A DNA stretch of 64,000 nucleotides from Vicugna vicugna (taxonomy: Eukaryota), in NCBI GenBank assembly GCA_013265495.1, contig MU058584.1, positions 2,856,508 to 2,920,507 of the forward strand, written 5' to 3'. Made by a program: the position numbers and the translations under genes. Position 1 is the stretch's first letter. The number at the start of each line of letters is the position of its first letter. The notes under the pieces are model-generated. The model searched no databases and was not told the origin of the DNA. It was given only the letters and a program-made list of their open reading frames with translations. Shown piece after piece: positions 36,261-50,013 of this stretch.

Positions 36261-37974
36261 ACCGGGGCCCAGTTTGGGACGGAGAGCATGGGTCAGAACG
36301 TGATCAGACAGCAGCGAAGGAGACTGGACTCCAAGTCAGCCTGCCCCGAACTTGGTCTCCTTACCACCCTCAGCCAGGACTAAAATCAGCCTCAAAGCCC
36401 AAGGTAAGGCTAGCCTTGCCTCTGGGGAGTTAGGGACTCCAGCTGCTGAGTCTGAAAATTAAAGGAGCAAGGCAAGGGGGTGGGTGGGGTGGGAACACAG
36501 GTCATCGCTACCTTCACATTCATTTCCAAGTCCTCCCCCAGGCCAGAAGCCTAGCTCCAACGAGCCACCAAAACAAAACACAGAGCAAAAGCAAACAACT
36601 TTGTTTTTCCCAAACATTTCCTTCCGTAGCGTAAGAAAAAGAGAAAAAGAAAAAGTCATTCTGCCTTCATGAAATTCCCTGTGCAGGTTTATGGCTGCCT
36701 GACCTCTGACTCCAGGCTGGAGAATGACTGAGTCTTACTAAACAGCAAAACATGAAAGAAGAGAGGGAGAAGCTTTCCAAGGGTTTTCATTTTGTTTCCA
36801 AACCCAAATAGCTCGCCACTGACCTTGAAACTGTGGGAGATATTTTTCCCTTCGAGATGATAGAGAAAAGACAGTCATGACAGAGATCTGAATGGGAACC
36901 ATCACATTCATGCGAACCAGCTCTGTTTTTAATACACGCTGGGGAGAAAGGGCAGGGGAAGTTATGAGCTGGGCCAAGGAGAGATAAGTGAATGCAAATT
37001 TGACCCTCCTTCAACTCTGGGCAATTCAGCTCAGAAAGGACACATGTTATTTGAAATCAGATGTTTGACCTTTTTATGGGAGTTGCCCATTATTTCTCTC
37101 TACGCCTTTAACTGATACTGCCAGGGTATTAGGCTCCAAAACCAGGCTCCGTATCTAAATCTGTGTGATCATCCAAGCATAACAAGGTCTCCCCACTAGT
37201 CCACCACACTTCATTTTTCATGTAGCAAAAGGATCAAGCAGAACATTCCAGTGGGGAGAGACACCGCCCCGGCCTCCCCCGTTCCGCCTCTTTCGGGCTG
37301 ATAAACCCCCATCATAAATTTTGCCATGACTCGAGGCTTCAACCTGTTGCCATCAGTATGCTTTTCTCTTGGCGCAACACCAGCTCTATCCCCTGAGATA
37401 AATCTGTTACTTGCTGAGTCCTGTAGGCTTACAAGGGGCAGGTGAAGGGGTAGGAAAAGCCTCAGGGCACGCCCTCCTCCTTTGCTGTTTGCAGTCCTCA
37501 ACTTAGCATCTCTTTCTGGCTGTGCCCCTTTTCCTGGGTCTCGGCAGCCGTTCTGACCCAGAGTGAGGTGGTATTTTCCAGTCCTCCACTTCACCCTCCC
37601 CTACCCTCTCTTTCCAACTGTTGTCAAAGCAACAAGCTAACTCACTGGGAAGTTTGAGGAGGAGAGAGAGTGAGGTGGGAGGGATGGGCTGGGAGAAAAA
37701 TGTACTGAGATAAGAAAAGCTCTGGGTCCTCCAGGAACACACTGATGAACGCTGGGCTGTATCTCCACGGCACATGCTCTCACTCGGGCTGTTGGACCCA
37801 GGACTGAGCTTTAGAACCCTTTCCCTTTGGCCTCTAAAGGTTCTCAGGCTTGGAACAGAAGGAGAGGGGAATGCCAGAATCTCAGGTTGGTCTCCACACC
37901 AGTTGGCACATGGCAGATTACCTCTCCACATTCATATAAAGATACAGATTGGCTCAAAGCCCTTGACCCAGCCT

Positions 37975-38033
37975 GGTCTCCATCTATTCTCCCCACTCGG
38001 AATGGGTCTCCATCTATTCTCCCCACTCGGAAT
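37975..38033 (+). repeat. Two-copy tandem duplication, period 30
   Basis: ggtctccatctattctccccactcggaat at 37975-38003 and 38005-38033, identical. Confidence 0.95.
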
Positions 38034-38932
38034 AGGAAGAGAAGCTGCATGAAGCGAGCTGGTGTAGCGTGGAACCGTGGGGCTCCTGAGCTTAATCCCA
38101 GCTCGCTCCAGTTCCAACCATTTTCCCCCAACAAATCACTTTTTTCTGCTCATATCAGCAACGATTTTTGCATGATTGAGTGAATCAGCCATACAGAGGA
38201 GCCAGCTTGGCTGTTGGGGCTGCCAAAAGAGAAACCCCCAATTGATCTGGTGTTTTTCATCTTATTGACAACAGTTTAATTCAGTCAAGCTGCATTTCAT
38301 CTTGGGAAAGTTTCAGACCTTGGAAGAAGGGGAATCTCGATGTTGCCTGCCTCCACTGGAAACTGGGTCTTGAGGCTCTGTTGATGAGTGTGTCTGTAGC
38401 AACCTCAGGGGCAAGAATACATGTTGCAGCAGTTGTCCCCAAACTTGGCGGGGGAGGGAGAGACAGTTCGCATCAAACAGCCATTTGGTTCTGTCTAGAC
38501 TCTTCCCACAAATGCATAATTTTAGAGGATCCAATGAAGCTAAAATTGCTTTTCAAATATTTAAAGTTAATAGTAGATTATTTTATTTTGAGATTGTTGT
38601 GTAAGTTTCAGAATATCTTTGTGTTCCCTTAGACACTTAGAGTTTCTCCGAAAACCAACTGAGGATCAACTCTCTACCCCATAGGTCAGGGACTGACCTT
38701 AACAATGCTAAGAAGAACTGTATTTTCCATAATCTGGGGCTATCTCTAGGACAACATATATGATATGTGTAAATAGGGCTTTGAACATATCCTCTGTTCT
38801 ACACTGTCCCAGCAACTCCAGCCTGGTGCTGCTCCTCGGAGAAGACTGTAGCAGGGAGATTCAGGGCGTTCTCAAGGAAAGAGGGGCTAGAGAGAGAGAG
38901 ATCCCCCCCTCATTCTTCCATGACATGTCTTC

Positions 38933-39180
38933 TGATAATAATGGCTAACATTTATCGAACTTTTATTATGTGCCAGGTACTCTTCTAAGTATAGTCACTA
39001 ATTTAAACCTTATAACAACTTTCTGAAGGTGGCACTATAATTATCTCCATTTTACAGTTGGGAAAACCAAAGCACAGAGAGGTCAAGCAACTTGCCCAGA
39101 ACCACACAGCGAATAAGTGGTAGTGCCAGGATTCTAGCCAAAGAAGTCTGACTCCAGAGTTAATGCTCTTCCCCTCCACA
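38933..39180 (-). mobile_element. Near full-length MIR SINE
   Basis: 'ataataatggctaacatttat...tatgtgccaggtac...ccattttacagttgggaaaacc...caacttgcccaga...tctgactccagag'. Confidence 0.9.
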
Positions 39181-39184
39181 AACC

Positions 39185-39362
39185 AGAAACTCTCAAACCT
39201 GAGCATGAAGAATCATCTGGAGGTCCTGTGAAAACACAGACTGCTGGACCACACTCCCAGAGTTTCTGATTAAGTAGTTCTGTGTGGGGCCAGAGGACTT
39301 AAAGTTCTAGCACATTCCCAGATGATGATGGTGGTGCCGGACCACACATTGAGAAACTGGTC
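39185..39362. mobile_element. MER5A element
   Basis: 'ctcaaacctgagcatg.agaatcatctggagg...cccagagtttctgatt...ggaccacacattgagaa'. Confidence 0.85.
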
Positions 39363-42105
39363 CACGCTATTCAGCCTCCAGAGAAAACTCTTGGTAGAAC
39401 CGTCTCTTCTTCCCTACACACTTCCTCCAATCCGGAAACAGGGCTCAATGAAAAAGCATCGGTTACACTGAGTAATCTCATGAGATCAATCCATTAGCCA
39501 GTGTTTCAGGAGGCCTGGACAATTTCTTGGCACATGATGGGCTTCCAGGAGCAGAATCACAGCCCGCTCAGTGGAGCCTCTCCAGGCTGCTGGCTGGAAA
39601 TGTAGCCTGTGAGGAATTACCAGCCAGGCCTGGACCCCCTTCTTTTGTTCTGTTTTTACCCACTCTTTTATTGATAACACATTATCTCTAAGCAAATGAG
39701 TATTGCTAAACAAAAAATAAATCTCATCCATTTGTTGTAACTCCCTTTGTAGGTGTTCGAAATGTTATTATATATCCCCAAGTTAATTTATAGGTGCATT
39801 CTCTTCAGTTCAGAGGCATTTCAGGAAAATGTGCAACCATGGAATACACATGTATACGTGGGGAGAATCTAAGCAGAAGTGAAATAAAAACTGAGCCATT
39901 CTGTTAAGATGCAGAATCGTACTTCGACCGCTCTTTCATCCTATTCTGCAAGATAAAAGAGTCTTTTCCTTTCTGGGGTAAAGAACATACACGGAAACAC
40001 AAACTATAAGACAAACTCAAAGAAGGAAACACAACGGGCTGTGAGATTTACAGATTCCGAGAAGCTCTTCAGCACACTGAGATCCAGGAGCTATTTCTGT
40101 CTTGAAAGGGAATGCAGCATGATGTGGCCCACCACGTCCTCCATAACGTCTCCACGTTAAATGCAAAGCTGTTTCCCAGGGCGTTTCTTCAGGGTCTCCG
40201 CAAAGGATGTTTCAGGCTTTGCTATTTTACAAAATACGGACACTACAGGGTCTCACATGTCAAGGCAAATGCCTCGCCCATGGTCGGTTTGCAATGAATA
40301 AAGAATAAAAACACCCTTAGTTGTTTACCTCTTCACTATCTATACTTTGAAATTATATGTGTATATATAATTGCACTTCTTTCTGAATACTCTGTAATTC
40401 TGTTACCTTTGCTATTGCCCCTCCATCCAAATTAACTTGCTAAGTTGCATTTAATTTTCTAATGCTTGAAGATTGTTATTAGATCATTATGGTATAAATC
40501 ATTGCATATTTTCTTTAAAAAAAAAAGAAGTCCAGTTTTTCGTACAAGATTTATCATTAAGCATTCTCATCAAATAATCCACTAATTAATCTTGGTCTCT
40601 ACACTCTCCACTCTGACGTTTTTCAGTACCATTTTTAGCATAAGGAAAACCACTCAGACCAAGTGTCAGAAGGCTGACATTCTAGTCCTGTCCCCAGAGC
40701 TTTGTGGCTGTGTGACCTTCCTTCTCTCAGCCTTGGTTTTCTCATTTGTTAAATGAGAGAAAAGAAAACTCATCACATAAATATTCTGAGTTATTAAGAA
40801 AGGAATAAAAAAAACCTTAAGGAACAAATGTTAACTCTTATAATTATGAATTAAAATTATAATAAAGATCCTACCTAATGGCATTGAGTTGTTTTCCTCC
40901 AGGGGTAGAGATGCGTTTGTACAGAATAACAGCTGTCTGATCCCTACCTGTGGCCCTGGGCTGCAGGGACAGGGTCACACTGAGGGGTGGTGGGTGGATA
41001 GCAGTGCTTCAGCAGAGCCCAGCCAAGGCTGCTCAGATCCGGAGGGTGAATTCAACAAACACATCTACAGCATCACTGGAGCACGGAGGCCTGTTGCATC
41101 TCAGAGCCAAAGTGCCAAAAAACAGGGTTGGATGGAGAACAAGAGACATAAGAAGAAAGACAGGGACTTGAAATGGGAAAAGAGGAGATAACTGGAAAAG
41201 AATTCTGGAGATGGAAAGCCAATACCCACAGCTGGACTTTAAAGACTTCACACATACTTGTCGGGAGCAGCCAGGGCTGTTTAGAAGGATGTGAGCCAAT
41301 CACAGAAATACTCTCACCTGGTTTATCGTACAATTAGTGGCATGTGCTTGCAAGCTTGCCATGGAACAGGGAAGAACTAATTGGCCAGCCCCAGTTTCAA
41401 ACTTGAACACACCAAGCTAGTCTCCCTCATGAAGCCCTCCATCTCAGGTGCTGAGATGCTAGCGTTTTGCAAGGTATTTTTTACTAGTAATAGCTGATGC
41501 GCTAAAGTTTGAAAAGGCTTTACACATTTATATGCAGGTTTTACCTTTTTATATAAATCAGAACAAAGTTGAGTTTTCCCTACAATAGCTCCTCTCTCAC
41601 ACACTGGTATTTCAGTGTGTATCTTGAATTAAAAAGGGGGAATGGGTTAACAGCCAGGGGTCTGAGGATGACCCTCAAGAGTGCAGCATATGACATTAGG
41701 GAACACCATTAGTCATCGGGGGGATGGTTGGAAACCACTGCTCGAGCCACGTGAGCTCAGTAGCCTCATGGAGCTAACATGAGAGCCGTGATGGAGTAGC
41801 TGCTAAAGGCCTATATTTCAGAGAATCTGGGGACAGTACCAAGACCCAGGAGCTCTATGCTCACAGTGGCAAAGAGTAGAATCAGCTGATTATTAGAAGA
41901 TCTTCTGTAACCCTGAGCTAAAGAGCCACCTTGATGTTGGTCATAAATCTTTCTCCCCAAAAGAGTTCAAATTCTTAACTTGCTTCACTCATTAAGAACT
42001 TGTTAAATAACAGTAGCAGTCAGATGTTGATTCCAGAATAGAGGGATATTTAATCCAATTCTTTCTTTTTAAATGATCCATTTGCAATGCATGTTATTAT
42101 TAACA

Positions 42106-42609
42106 TGTGGTAGCCAGCCTCCAAGATGACCTCCCAGTGATCCGCACATCCTGGTATGCGCACCTTAGTGTAGCCCTTTCCTACACTGGATCAGGGTTGG
42201 TCAGTATGGCCAATAAAACAAGGCATAATTGATGATGTGTCACTCCTTACACTAGGTCATAAATGACAGTGCTGCTGCTGCCTCAGCCTCATGGATCCCT
42301 TTTTCTGGGAGAAGCTAGTTGTCATGCTATGCGGACACTCAAACAGACCCATGGAGAGTTCCACTGGGAAAAGGATGGAGACACCAACTTTCCAGTCATG
42401 AGAGTGTGTCATCTTGGACATAGATTCTCCCTGCCCCACTCAAGACTTCAGATGCCTGCAGACTCAGCTGACATCTTGACTACAGTCTCATAAGAGTCCC
42501 ACTCAGCTAATCCATTTCCAGAAACTGTGTAAGATAATGAATGTTTATTGCTATTTTAAGCCACTGAGTTTGGGGATAATTTGCCATGTCACAGTAGACA
42601 ACAAATGTA
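42106..42609 (+). mobile_element. MLT1F-like MaLR solo LTR
   Basis: tgtggtagccagcctccaagatg...cagaaactgtgtaagataat...ttttaagccactgagtttggggataatttg. Confidence 0.85.
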
Positions 42610-43654
42610 TCACTGATGTGCTAATTACAAATACTTTTTATCATTCATTCCAACCAGATACTCAAGAATCTTTATTTTGCAAAACTTTTAAAGAATTCAA
42701 TAAAGACTTGTTTCTAATGCCCCATAAGTACCCCAAACGAGTTTCAAGTTTTATTGTATTTATATGAGTCTGTTTCCTACTTTGACCAATTGGTAATATT
42801 AGTTGTCTGGGATTAGAGTCTGTTCTCCATTGATGGCCCCTCAGAAACAAGTCATCTAAAATCTGGTCTATGATATGTTTGTATATATTTCATGATGATA
42901 TCTAGGGTACTGGGGGTCATGAATTAATAAGTTATTTTTGCTGATTTTAAAAGCCACAGAATCTCATCAAAAAGTATTGATTTTATTAAAAGAGTTTACT
43001 TTGCTCCCAAGCATTTGGTAAAAAAATTTATGGTACCAAGAGAGAATGGGAAACGTAGGTGACTCTGAGGGTTTTGGCCACCTGTGAAAATAGATCAAAA
43101 GATTTCAGAATTATTCTTCCTGTTCAGCAAAAATCAGGAGACAGAAAACCTAAAACCCAAACAATTCTGTCTCACCACAGGAAAGGTGTAAACCAAAAGC
43201 ACTTTCAAAAGAAAAGTGTTCTGCTTAGGCCAACACAGCATCCTGCAAGACTGCAGACCCCATTTCCTAGGGCTTCATGATTTCGTTGGATGTATGCGAT
43301 CTGAGAACATCCGATGCAGAAACATCTGGGAATCAACAAGAAAAACATATTCTTAGGTTGATATAAACTCTGTTTAGATTGTTGCCATCCTGAATTATAT
43401 GTTCCCCTTTAATTAGTACCAATAATCAAAAGCTAGCAGTATTTACAAAAGTCTTAGCTATGATTTATTTTTTTTCAAGAAAGAATTATACCCACCAATT
43501 GCAGATTAGAAAATAAAATAAATCAGACTGTAATCAAGATTGTAGCCTAAAGGCCTATGAAATATAGGCCATCCAGAGGATATTTACCAAATATTCCAGG
43601 TTGTTTTTTTTCCCCAAAATACTTCTAGTGTCCCTTATTATTGGATGTGAATTT

Positions 43655-43891
43655 CTTTTTTTTTTTAACTTCTAAATCTTACTGAGGTATAGTCCATTTA
43701 CAATGTTACATTGACTTCTGTTGCACAGCATAATGTTTCAGTCAAACATATACATACATATATTCATTTTCATATTCTTTTCCATTATAGATATCTATAA
43801 GATATTGAATATAGTTCCCTGTGCTATACAGAAGAAACTTGTTATTTATCTGTTTTATACATAGTAGTTAGCATCTGCAAATCTTGAACTC
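43655..43891 (-). mobile_element. Short camelid-type L1 3' UTR insertion
   Basis: polyT followed by 'actgaggtatagtc...atattgaatatagttccctgtgctatacag...catctgcaaatct'. Confidence 0.85.
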
Positions 43892-43954
43892 ACCAACAAA
43901 AATCCCCACATTTTTCACCTAGACTGTGAGGAAACTGTAGCCCAAAAAACTGCC

Positions 43955-44655
43955 ATGTAACTTTATCCCCACTAGAATGGCTGTAAGTGAAAAATTGAAA
44001 ATAATAAGCACTGGCAAGGATGTGGACAAATTAGTATCCTCATATGTTACTGGTGGGAATGTAAAATGGCTCAGCCACTGTGGGAAACAACTTGGTGATT
44101 CCTCAAAAAATTAAATATAAAAACATAATGAGTCTAGTCCTACTTACTTAACCCAAAGCATTGAAAATTTGTGTTCAAACAAAAACTCATGCACAAATGT
44201 CTATAGCAGCACTATTCACAATTGCCAAAAGGTGGAAACAATGCAAATGTCCATTAATCAGTGAATGAATGGATATACAAAATGTGGTATGTCCATACAG
44301 TGGAACACTATTTAGCTGTAAAAAGGAGTGAAGTACATGCCACAGCATGGACAAGCCTTGAAAACAGAATGCCAAGAGACAGAAGCCAGTCATGAAAAAC
44401 CACATGTCATATGATTCCATTTATATGAAGTGTCTACAACAAGCAAATCTATAGAGATAGAAAGTAGATTTGTGGTTGCTTTGGGCTGGGAGAGGATGGA
44501 AGGATGAGCGGATGACAGTTAAAGGATGTCATCTTTGTGGTGATGAAAATGTTGTAAAATTGACTGGTGATGGTTGCACAAATCTGTGAAAAACCATTAA
44601 ATGGCACTCTTTAAATGTGTAGTATGTGATATATCTCAATAAAGCTGTTTATAAA
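43955..44655 (+). mobile_element. Old L1 (L1MB-like) ORF2 end and 3' UTR
   Basis: 'cccactagaatggct...ggcaaggatgtgga...ggtgggaatgtaaaatgg...atagcagcactattcacaattgccaaaaggtggaaacaa...tatctcaataaagctgtt'. Confidence 0.9.
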
Positions 44656-45409
44656 AGACTACCACGTAGCCTGAGGGATTTCACTGAGATGTTGAAATTG
44701 TCCTATATCCTATTTATGGTGGTCAATATAAGACTCTACACATGTGTTACAATCCACAGAACTTTGGAACTATACTCCAAAAAATTAAACTTCAGTGTAT
44801 ATAAATTAAAGGAAAAAACTGCTATGTGCTTCATTTAAATCATAAGCTGGGATCCATGGTCAACTTTAGGTAAGTCTGGTGTGGCTAATTAAAACTTCCT
44901 GAGAACACTCAGACCCAAAGAGCCAAGTCTGAACCAAGCTCCTAGCGTTGCATCCTGCAGCTGAAATCCAGACGAGTACAAAATCACTTTGGAGAGATTA
45001 TCACCCACGTAGTCCTGTTTCCACTTCATGCGTAGAGCCGAGTTGCTCATTCAGTGGTTCAAGGTTTCCTTCCATGCCCTAGTGACCCTCGGGGCTTATT
45101 CTGAATTCTCCATTTCACACATACCAGATACTGAACTTGGGCTCAAAATATAGAGGGGCAGGTGGGATGGGAAGAACGAAACAAGGTCACCATTAACATC
45201 CTGTGACCCTCTCATGGGCGCTAGAGAAGCCTCAAATCCTAATCATCAAAATACCTTCTGATCCTTTCAGTTCCAGGCACCAGCTCCAGTCCTCTGTGAC
45301 TCTGACCGGAGAGTGATAAACTACAGTAGGGACCACATGCATGTACCTGAATATGCCAGGCTGTAAGGCACCCAGAGGTATGAAATTTCCTGAGAACAGG
45401 GACCACTTG

Positions 45410-45915
45410 TATCAACCTGGGATTAGATGCAGCAGCATATAATGAATGGAAAGCCCCCAAATAACTGAGGCTTAAACATAAAGGAGTTATTCTCCCACAT
45501 AAAAGGAGGTCTGTGAAGAAGGCAGTCTATGCCTGATATGAAAGCAACAGGAACTAAGATTCCTTCCAACATCCTGCACCATCATCCTCAGTGCATAGCT
45601 TCCACACTTATGGTCCAGGATGACCACTGCAGCTCTAGATACCAGATTCAAGTTCCAGCCAGCAGGAGGAGAAAGGGAAGAAGGGCAACATGGGCACACT
45701 TCCCAGCTGAATCAGCGATCTTTAAATAGCCCTTGCAGAGACCCATGCAAAGGTTACAGTTGGATTTCAATGACTAGGACGTGGTCACAAGGCTACACAT
45801 AGGTGCAAGGGAAGGTAGGAAATGAAGCTTTTAACTGGGCACATTGCTGCCTGCAGTGATATGTTTCTGTTGATTGGGAAGAAGAGGGAATGAATACTGG
45901 GTCAGCCACGCCAAC
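45410..45915 (-). mobile_element. Old MLT1 (J/K-like) LTR
   Basis: 'aataactgaggcttaaacataaaggagttattctc', 'ttccagccagcaggaggagaaaggg', 'ggtcacaaggctacac...tgcaagggaagg..ggaaatg'. Confidence 0.7.
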
Positions 45916-47241
45916 CTTGTATCGTCCAGAGTGCCTTGCACTGTCCCTTGGAAGAGCTCATTAAAGGCTGTTGATTTGATCTGCTTGTCGGCAGCCAGGA
46001 GGTCTGATCTAGAAGGGCTTTGCCTTCTACTCACATCAACAGGTTTTCTCTAGTCTGGGCAATAGTATAGGGGATAAGCAAATAGACATGGTCTTTTTCC
46101 AGTCTTTGTGAATAAGGCAATTGGTCAAAAACATCGATATCTTCCCTTGGAAACCACAGCTATATGTGAAAATGAAAGAAAGTGATTTCAATTTTCTAAA
46201 CCACCAAGACTTCTCAGGTTACAGATGAAGACTCACTGTGTCATTCTCTGTCCTCAGACTCAAGCCCATGGTTCTCCCACCCACAGATTCACACAGACTG
46301 ATGGAAAGCAGTTTCATCCGTTGGAGTGTGGGGTCAAGGGTCCCTGATATGCCTTAACTGTGCCACTGGTATACCCATTCTTGCCTAAGGGAAAGTCCTA
46401 CATACATATTCACTAAGCAGCAGAGAGATAGATTCATGGACAAGCTCCTCTTGTCCAATCTTGGTAAAAATTTATTGGCTATAAGGCAAAAAAAAATGAG
46501 ATGCAAATGAGTTAACTGACTTGCCCAATTCTAGAAGCAAAGCCAGGACTAAAATTTGGGTCTCAGATCTCGGTGCATTGCTCAAATCAACACAACCCAA
46601 GCTATTATTGAAGAAAAAAAAAATCTACCATTGAGAACCAAATGTCTGAGATTCTAAAAATCTTGAATTGTTGTCTACACTGATCTAGTTATCCAGATAA
46701 GAGTCTGATTCTTGATTTCATCTTCCCTAAACTGTGTCTTGGCTTGGTCTCCATGAAGTCATCGGTTTAATTTAATCATTGTTTACAGAAGGCTTACTCA
46801 GTGATCAGCAATGTGCTATGAGGGGGATACAAAAGGATATGGCCTTATAATGTTATTGTATTGTTAAGACATGTGACTGTGAATTAATGAGGCTAATTTT
46901 TAAATAAACACACTGAAGACTATATACCCATGTGAGTGGTACCTCACCTTAGGAAGCATTTAGCCCAATGATGACATTATTGCTCAAAATGATTTTAGAA
47001 TTCACATTGGAGAATTCTTTTCAATAGATGAACCAAATGATATTAAATGCCCATAACAGCCATTGGGTCTTTTTGTTTTGAGAGTGGAATTTATCTTTTG
47101 AGAAAAGCCAACGTGATTCAGAGCCAAGTCTAGTAAAGCAGGTGGATGATCAGTTTGGGTTTCTGGTGACTTTCTCTCAGCCCAGGGTGGCCTTCCTCCA
47201 GACCTCTTTTTCCATGATAGAATAATCTTTGTGTGTTTAGG

Positions 47242-47415
47242 CCAGGGGTTATCAAGCTTTAGCACGCATCAGAATCATCTGGAGAACTTGTTAGAACATA
47301 GATTGTTGGGCCCTGGCTTCTGATTCTTCAGTTGTGGTAAGACCTAAGAACCTGCATTTCTAATAGGCTCCCAAGTGATGCTGGCTGCTGGTCCAGAAAC
47401 ACTGGGGAACCACCG
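47242..47415. mobile_element. MER5A element
   Basis: 'caggggttatcaagctttagcacgcatcagaatcatctggagaacttgtt...ctgcatttctaata.gctcccaagtgatgctg'. Confidence 0.85.
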
Positions 47416-47709
47416 CTTGCAGACAGTTATTTTTGATTTTCTATAACAGAGCTACCCTTAATCTCTGTCTGATGTAAATCATCCTTGCTCTGAGAACTCC
47501 TTTACGGACTTTCATGCTACGTCCTGGGTACTCTGCGGCCTTGCACATCTCAGGGATACAACTGGACATGTGCCCATGGTCCCTACCAAGAATTTACATC
47601 ACTTTCACGCAGAGTCACAGAGGATGGAGCTAATGTCTGTGACTGAAAGGGCTAGCGAGCATTTCTGTGATTAGAACGTGATCCTTGCCCATCACCCAGG
47701 AAAGCGCAG

Positions 47710-47840
47710 GTTAGAACTAGAAGGGATGTTAATTACCATCTAGTCCAATTCCCTCCAGCCCCACTCCTCTCATTTCAGAGCTGAGGAAATCAGGGCCTAG
47801 AGATGCTAAGTGAAGCGTTCAAGGTCACCCAGTAAGTTAC
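47710..47840 (-). mobile_element. MIR3/MIR SINE
   Basis: 'ttagaactagaagggat...catctagtccaa...catttcagagctgaggaaatcagggcctagaga...caaggtcacccag'. Confidence 0.75.
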
Positions 47841-49976
47841 AGAACACTTACGTAGGATCCATGAGAAAGTATCACAGTCCTGCGGAGGACGAGATCAGGA
47901 CCTCACCCAATCAGGACCAAATGCAACATGAGCTGCGTCTAATATGATGTGTGCATCCGCCAAAGAACAAATAGTGCCAATCAGACTGCGTATTTCTACT
48001 CTTTCTATCTTATAGTAACAGGTACTGGAAACATCGCTGTTTACCCCCTCTGTGGTAAAGTATTCCTTATACATCAGTCTGCTCCATCTCCTACACCAAA
48101 CCGCCGGGTGCAGATGACGGGCGAGGTGAAGGGAAGGTCAGCTAGAATGCACGTCCTCCCACTTCTTTACTGTAAACACTCACTGTGTTTACATGTCAGC
48201 AGAGAAATGGTCAAGAAACCACAAACAGTTGATTTGGCTGACCCCCAATAGGGTCTTAAACATCGATGCAAAATCAACATCTGGTCTCAGCCTCTTTTCA
48301 ATCTGGCACTAATTGATGGGAAGGCACTGGTGGTTTAGAAGTTACATGCAAGGAAGAGGCTGCCAGGGAGGTAAGGGGGGATGCGGAGCGGGGAGAAAGG
48401 CTGGAAGGTTCAGAGAACCTGGGGAAGCCTGATTTCTGTCTTACCTGCTTATTTTGGAATTGGCTGAGTTTCTGGTGATGGATTAGGGCGGCAAACCTCA
48501 GCCATATGGCCCCCAGTGCCCTGTTCCATTCACTCTGCCTCACAGCACCCTCCCCAAATCTGTGCCCCTGAAAAATACGTAACCCCCCAAAGGAACTGCT
48601 AACATCCCTTTTTTGCCACCATCAAGCTTTGCCCATTTCCACCCTCAGAATCCTCCTGGAAACTTGCCTTCTCTAGAAAACTGTCTCTGATTAAATGGCC
48701 TACCTGCCATCCTGGCCACAAACTTTTAGGCGTAATTCCTGGCAATGAGTTGAGTGATTCTTGAACGTGAGCATTTTATGGTCTCCTGACTTTAGTGATT
48801 AAAGCAGGTCTTTTATTTCCTTAGTGAGCTTTTGCTCAAGTTGCCCTCATTGCTTTCTCCATTCTTTCAGCTCCTCTTACCCCATGAGCTGCCGATTGTT
48901 TAGGTACCAGGAAAAAGCAGGCAGCTCAGTGCTCCTGAACTGCCCCTACATCTTAGGGCTGAGAGGGTCTAAGAATGCTGTTATTTTATAGGCTGGGAAA
49001 GCTTGAAAAGATCGGTCTGGAAAAGGTTTGGAGAGACACCTTAAAGAACCCACAAGGGCAGGCATGCGTGGTTGCTATGGTTACCAGGCTCTTTGGCGGT
49101 CTATCCACCTCCTCCTAAGAAGGCAATCCTTCTCTTCAAGAAGCACAAAGAGAAGACACTCAGGCGCTCAAACCCGATTCACCCTGAAAGCTGGGAGAGC
49201 AGTGACAGTCCCGACAGTTTGCTTGTCACAATGACAACAGCAAAGTTAGGGGTCACCAGGGCTGTAAAGGGAACACATGTGGAAAGCTGCTTTATGAATA
49301 TTTGTTAAGATTAGAATGAGATTAAATAGCAAAGTCAGAGCCGATGTTCCCTGCACTCTCTGAGTTTTGTTCTGTTTTCCTTGTTTTCTCTTTTCTCTCG
49401 AACCAGAACTTACATCACATCTGTCTGTATGACACTTGTGTGACTGGCAGCCCAGCAATTGGACACAAACAGAGCTGGGGCAGTGGGGGAAATCATTGGG
49501 CTGGGACCCATTCAGGACAGTCTCTTTCTACCTGAGCCTCAAACTCTGGTTTGCCAGGCTCCAGATGGTGATCATGATTGTTAAAAAGCAAGCGTTATCC
49601 CTGTTAATGAGGATAATAAAACTGAACAATTCATGAGCACTGACAACATATGGAGCCCCCTGCAAAACACAGATTTACCCAGCATTATTAGGAAATGAGG
49701 TTTTTCCACATCAGCGAATTTTCGGGAAAATTAGGGCTTACCTCTTTAGCGTCAATATTTTTTCTGAAGATATTAACCATGTGGGATGGAAAGATGTGTC
49801 AGAGATGTAATATACGGTCCTATCTTGCCAAACAGTTTCTCGGATACTGCATACACCATTTTATCTAAATGTTATGAACATGTTCTGAAGCACAGAAGGG
49901 AGGTCTCTCCATCCATAGCATATTTGGGTCTTTATTGAGACAGCTCACTTCGCCTTGCCTTAGAGTCAGCTGGCAC

Positions 49977-50013
49977 CCTTTGATAGCTCAGCTGGTAGAG
50001 TGGACGACCGTAG
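49977..50013 (+). pseudogene. tRNA-Tyr(GTA) 5'-half retropseudogene (tailless)
   Basis: CCTTTGATAGCTCAGCTGGTAGAGTGGACGACCGTAG vs mammalian tRNA-Tyr 5' exon CCTTCGATAGCTCAGCTGGTAGAGCGGAGGACTGTAG (33/37; two differences are CpG decay). No T arm or B box. Flanked by TTAGAGTCAGCTG at 49960-49972 and 50020-50032. Confidence 0.85.

Noticed and set aside
49660..49930. Possible old hAT/Charlie fragment
   Set aside because: Resemblance too weak to assign by eye.
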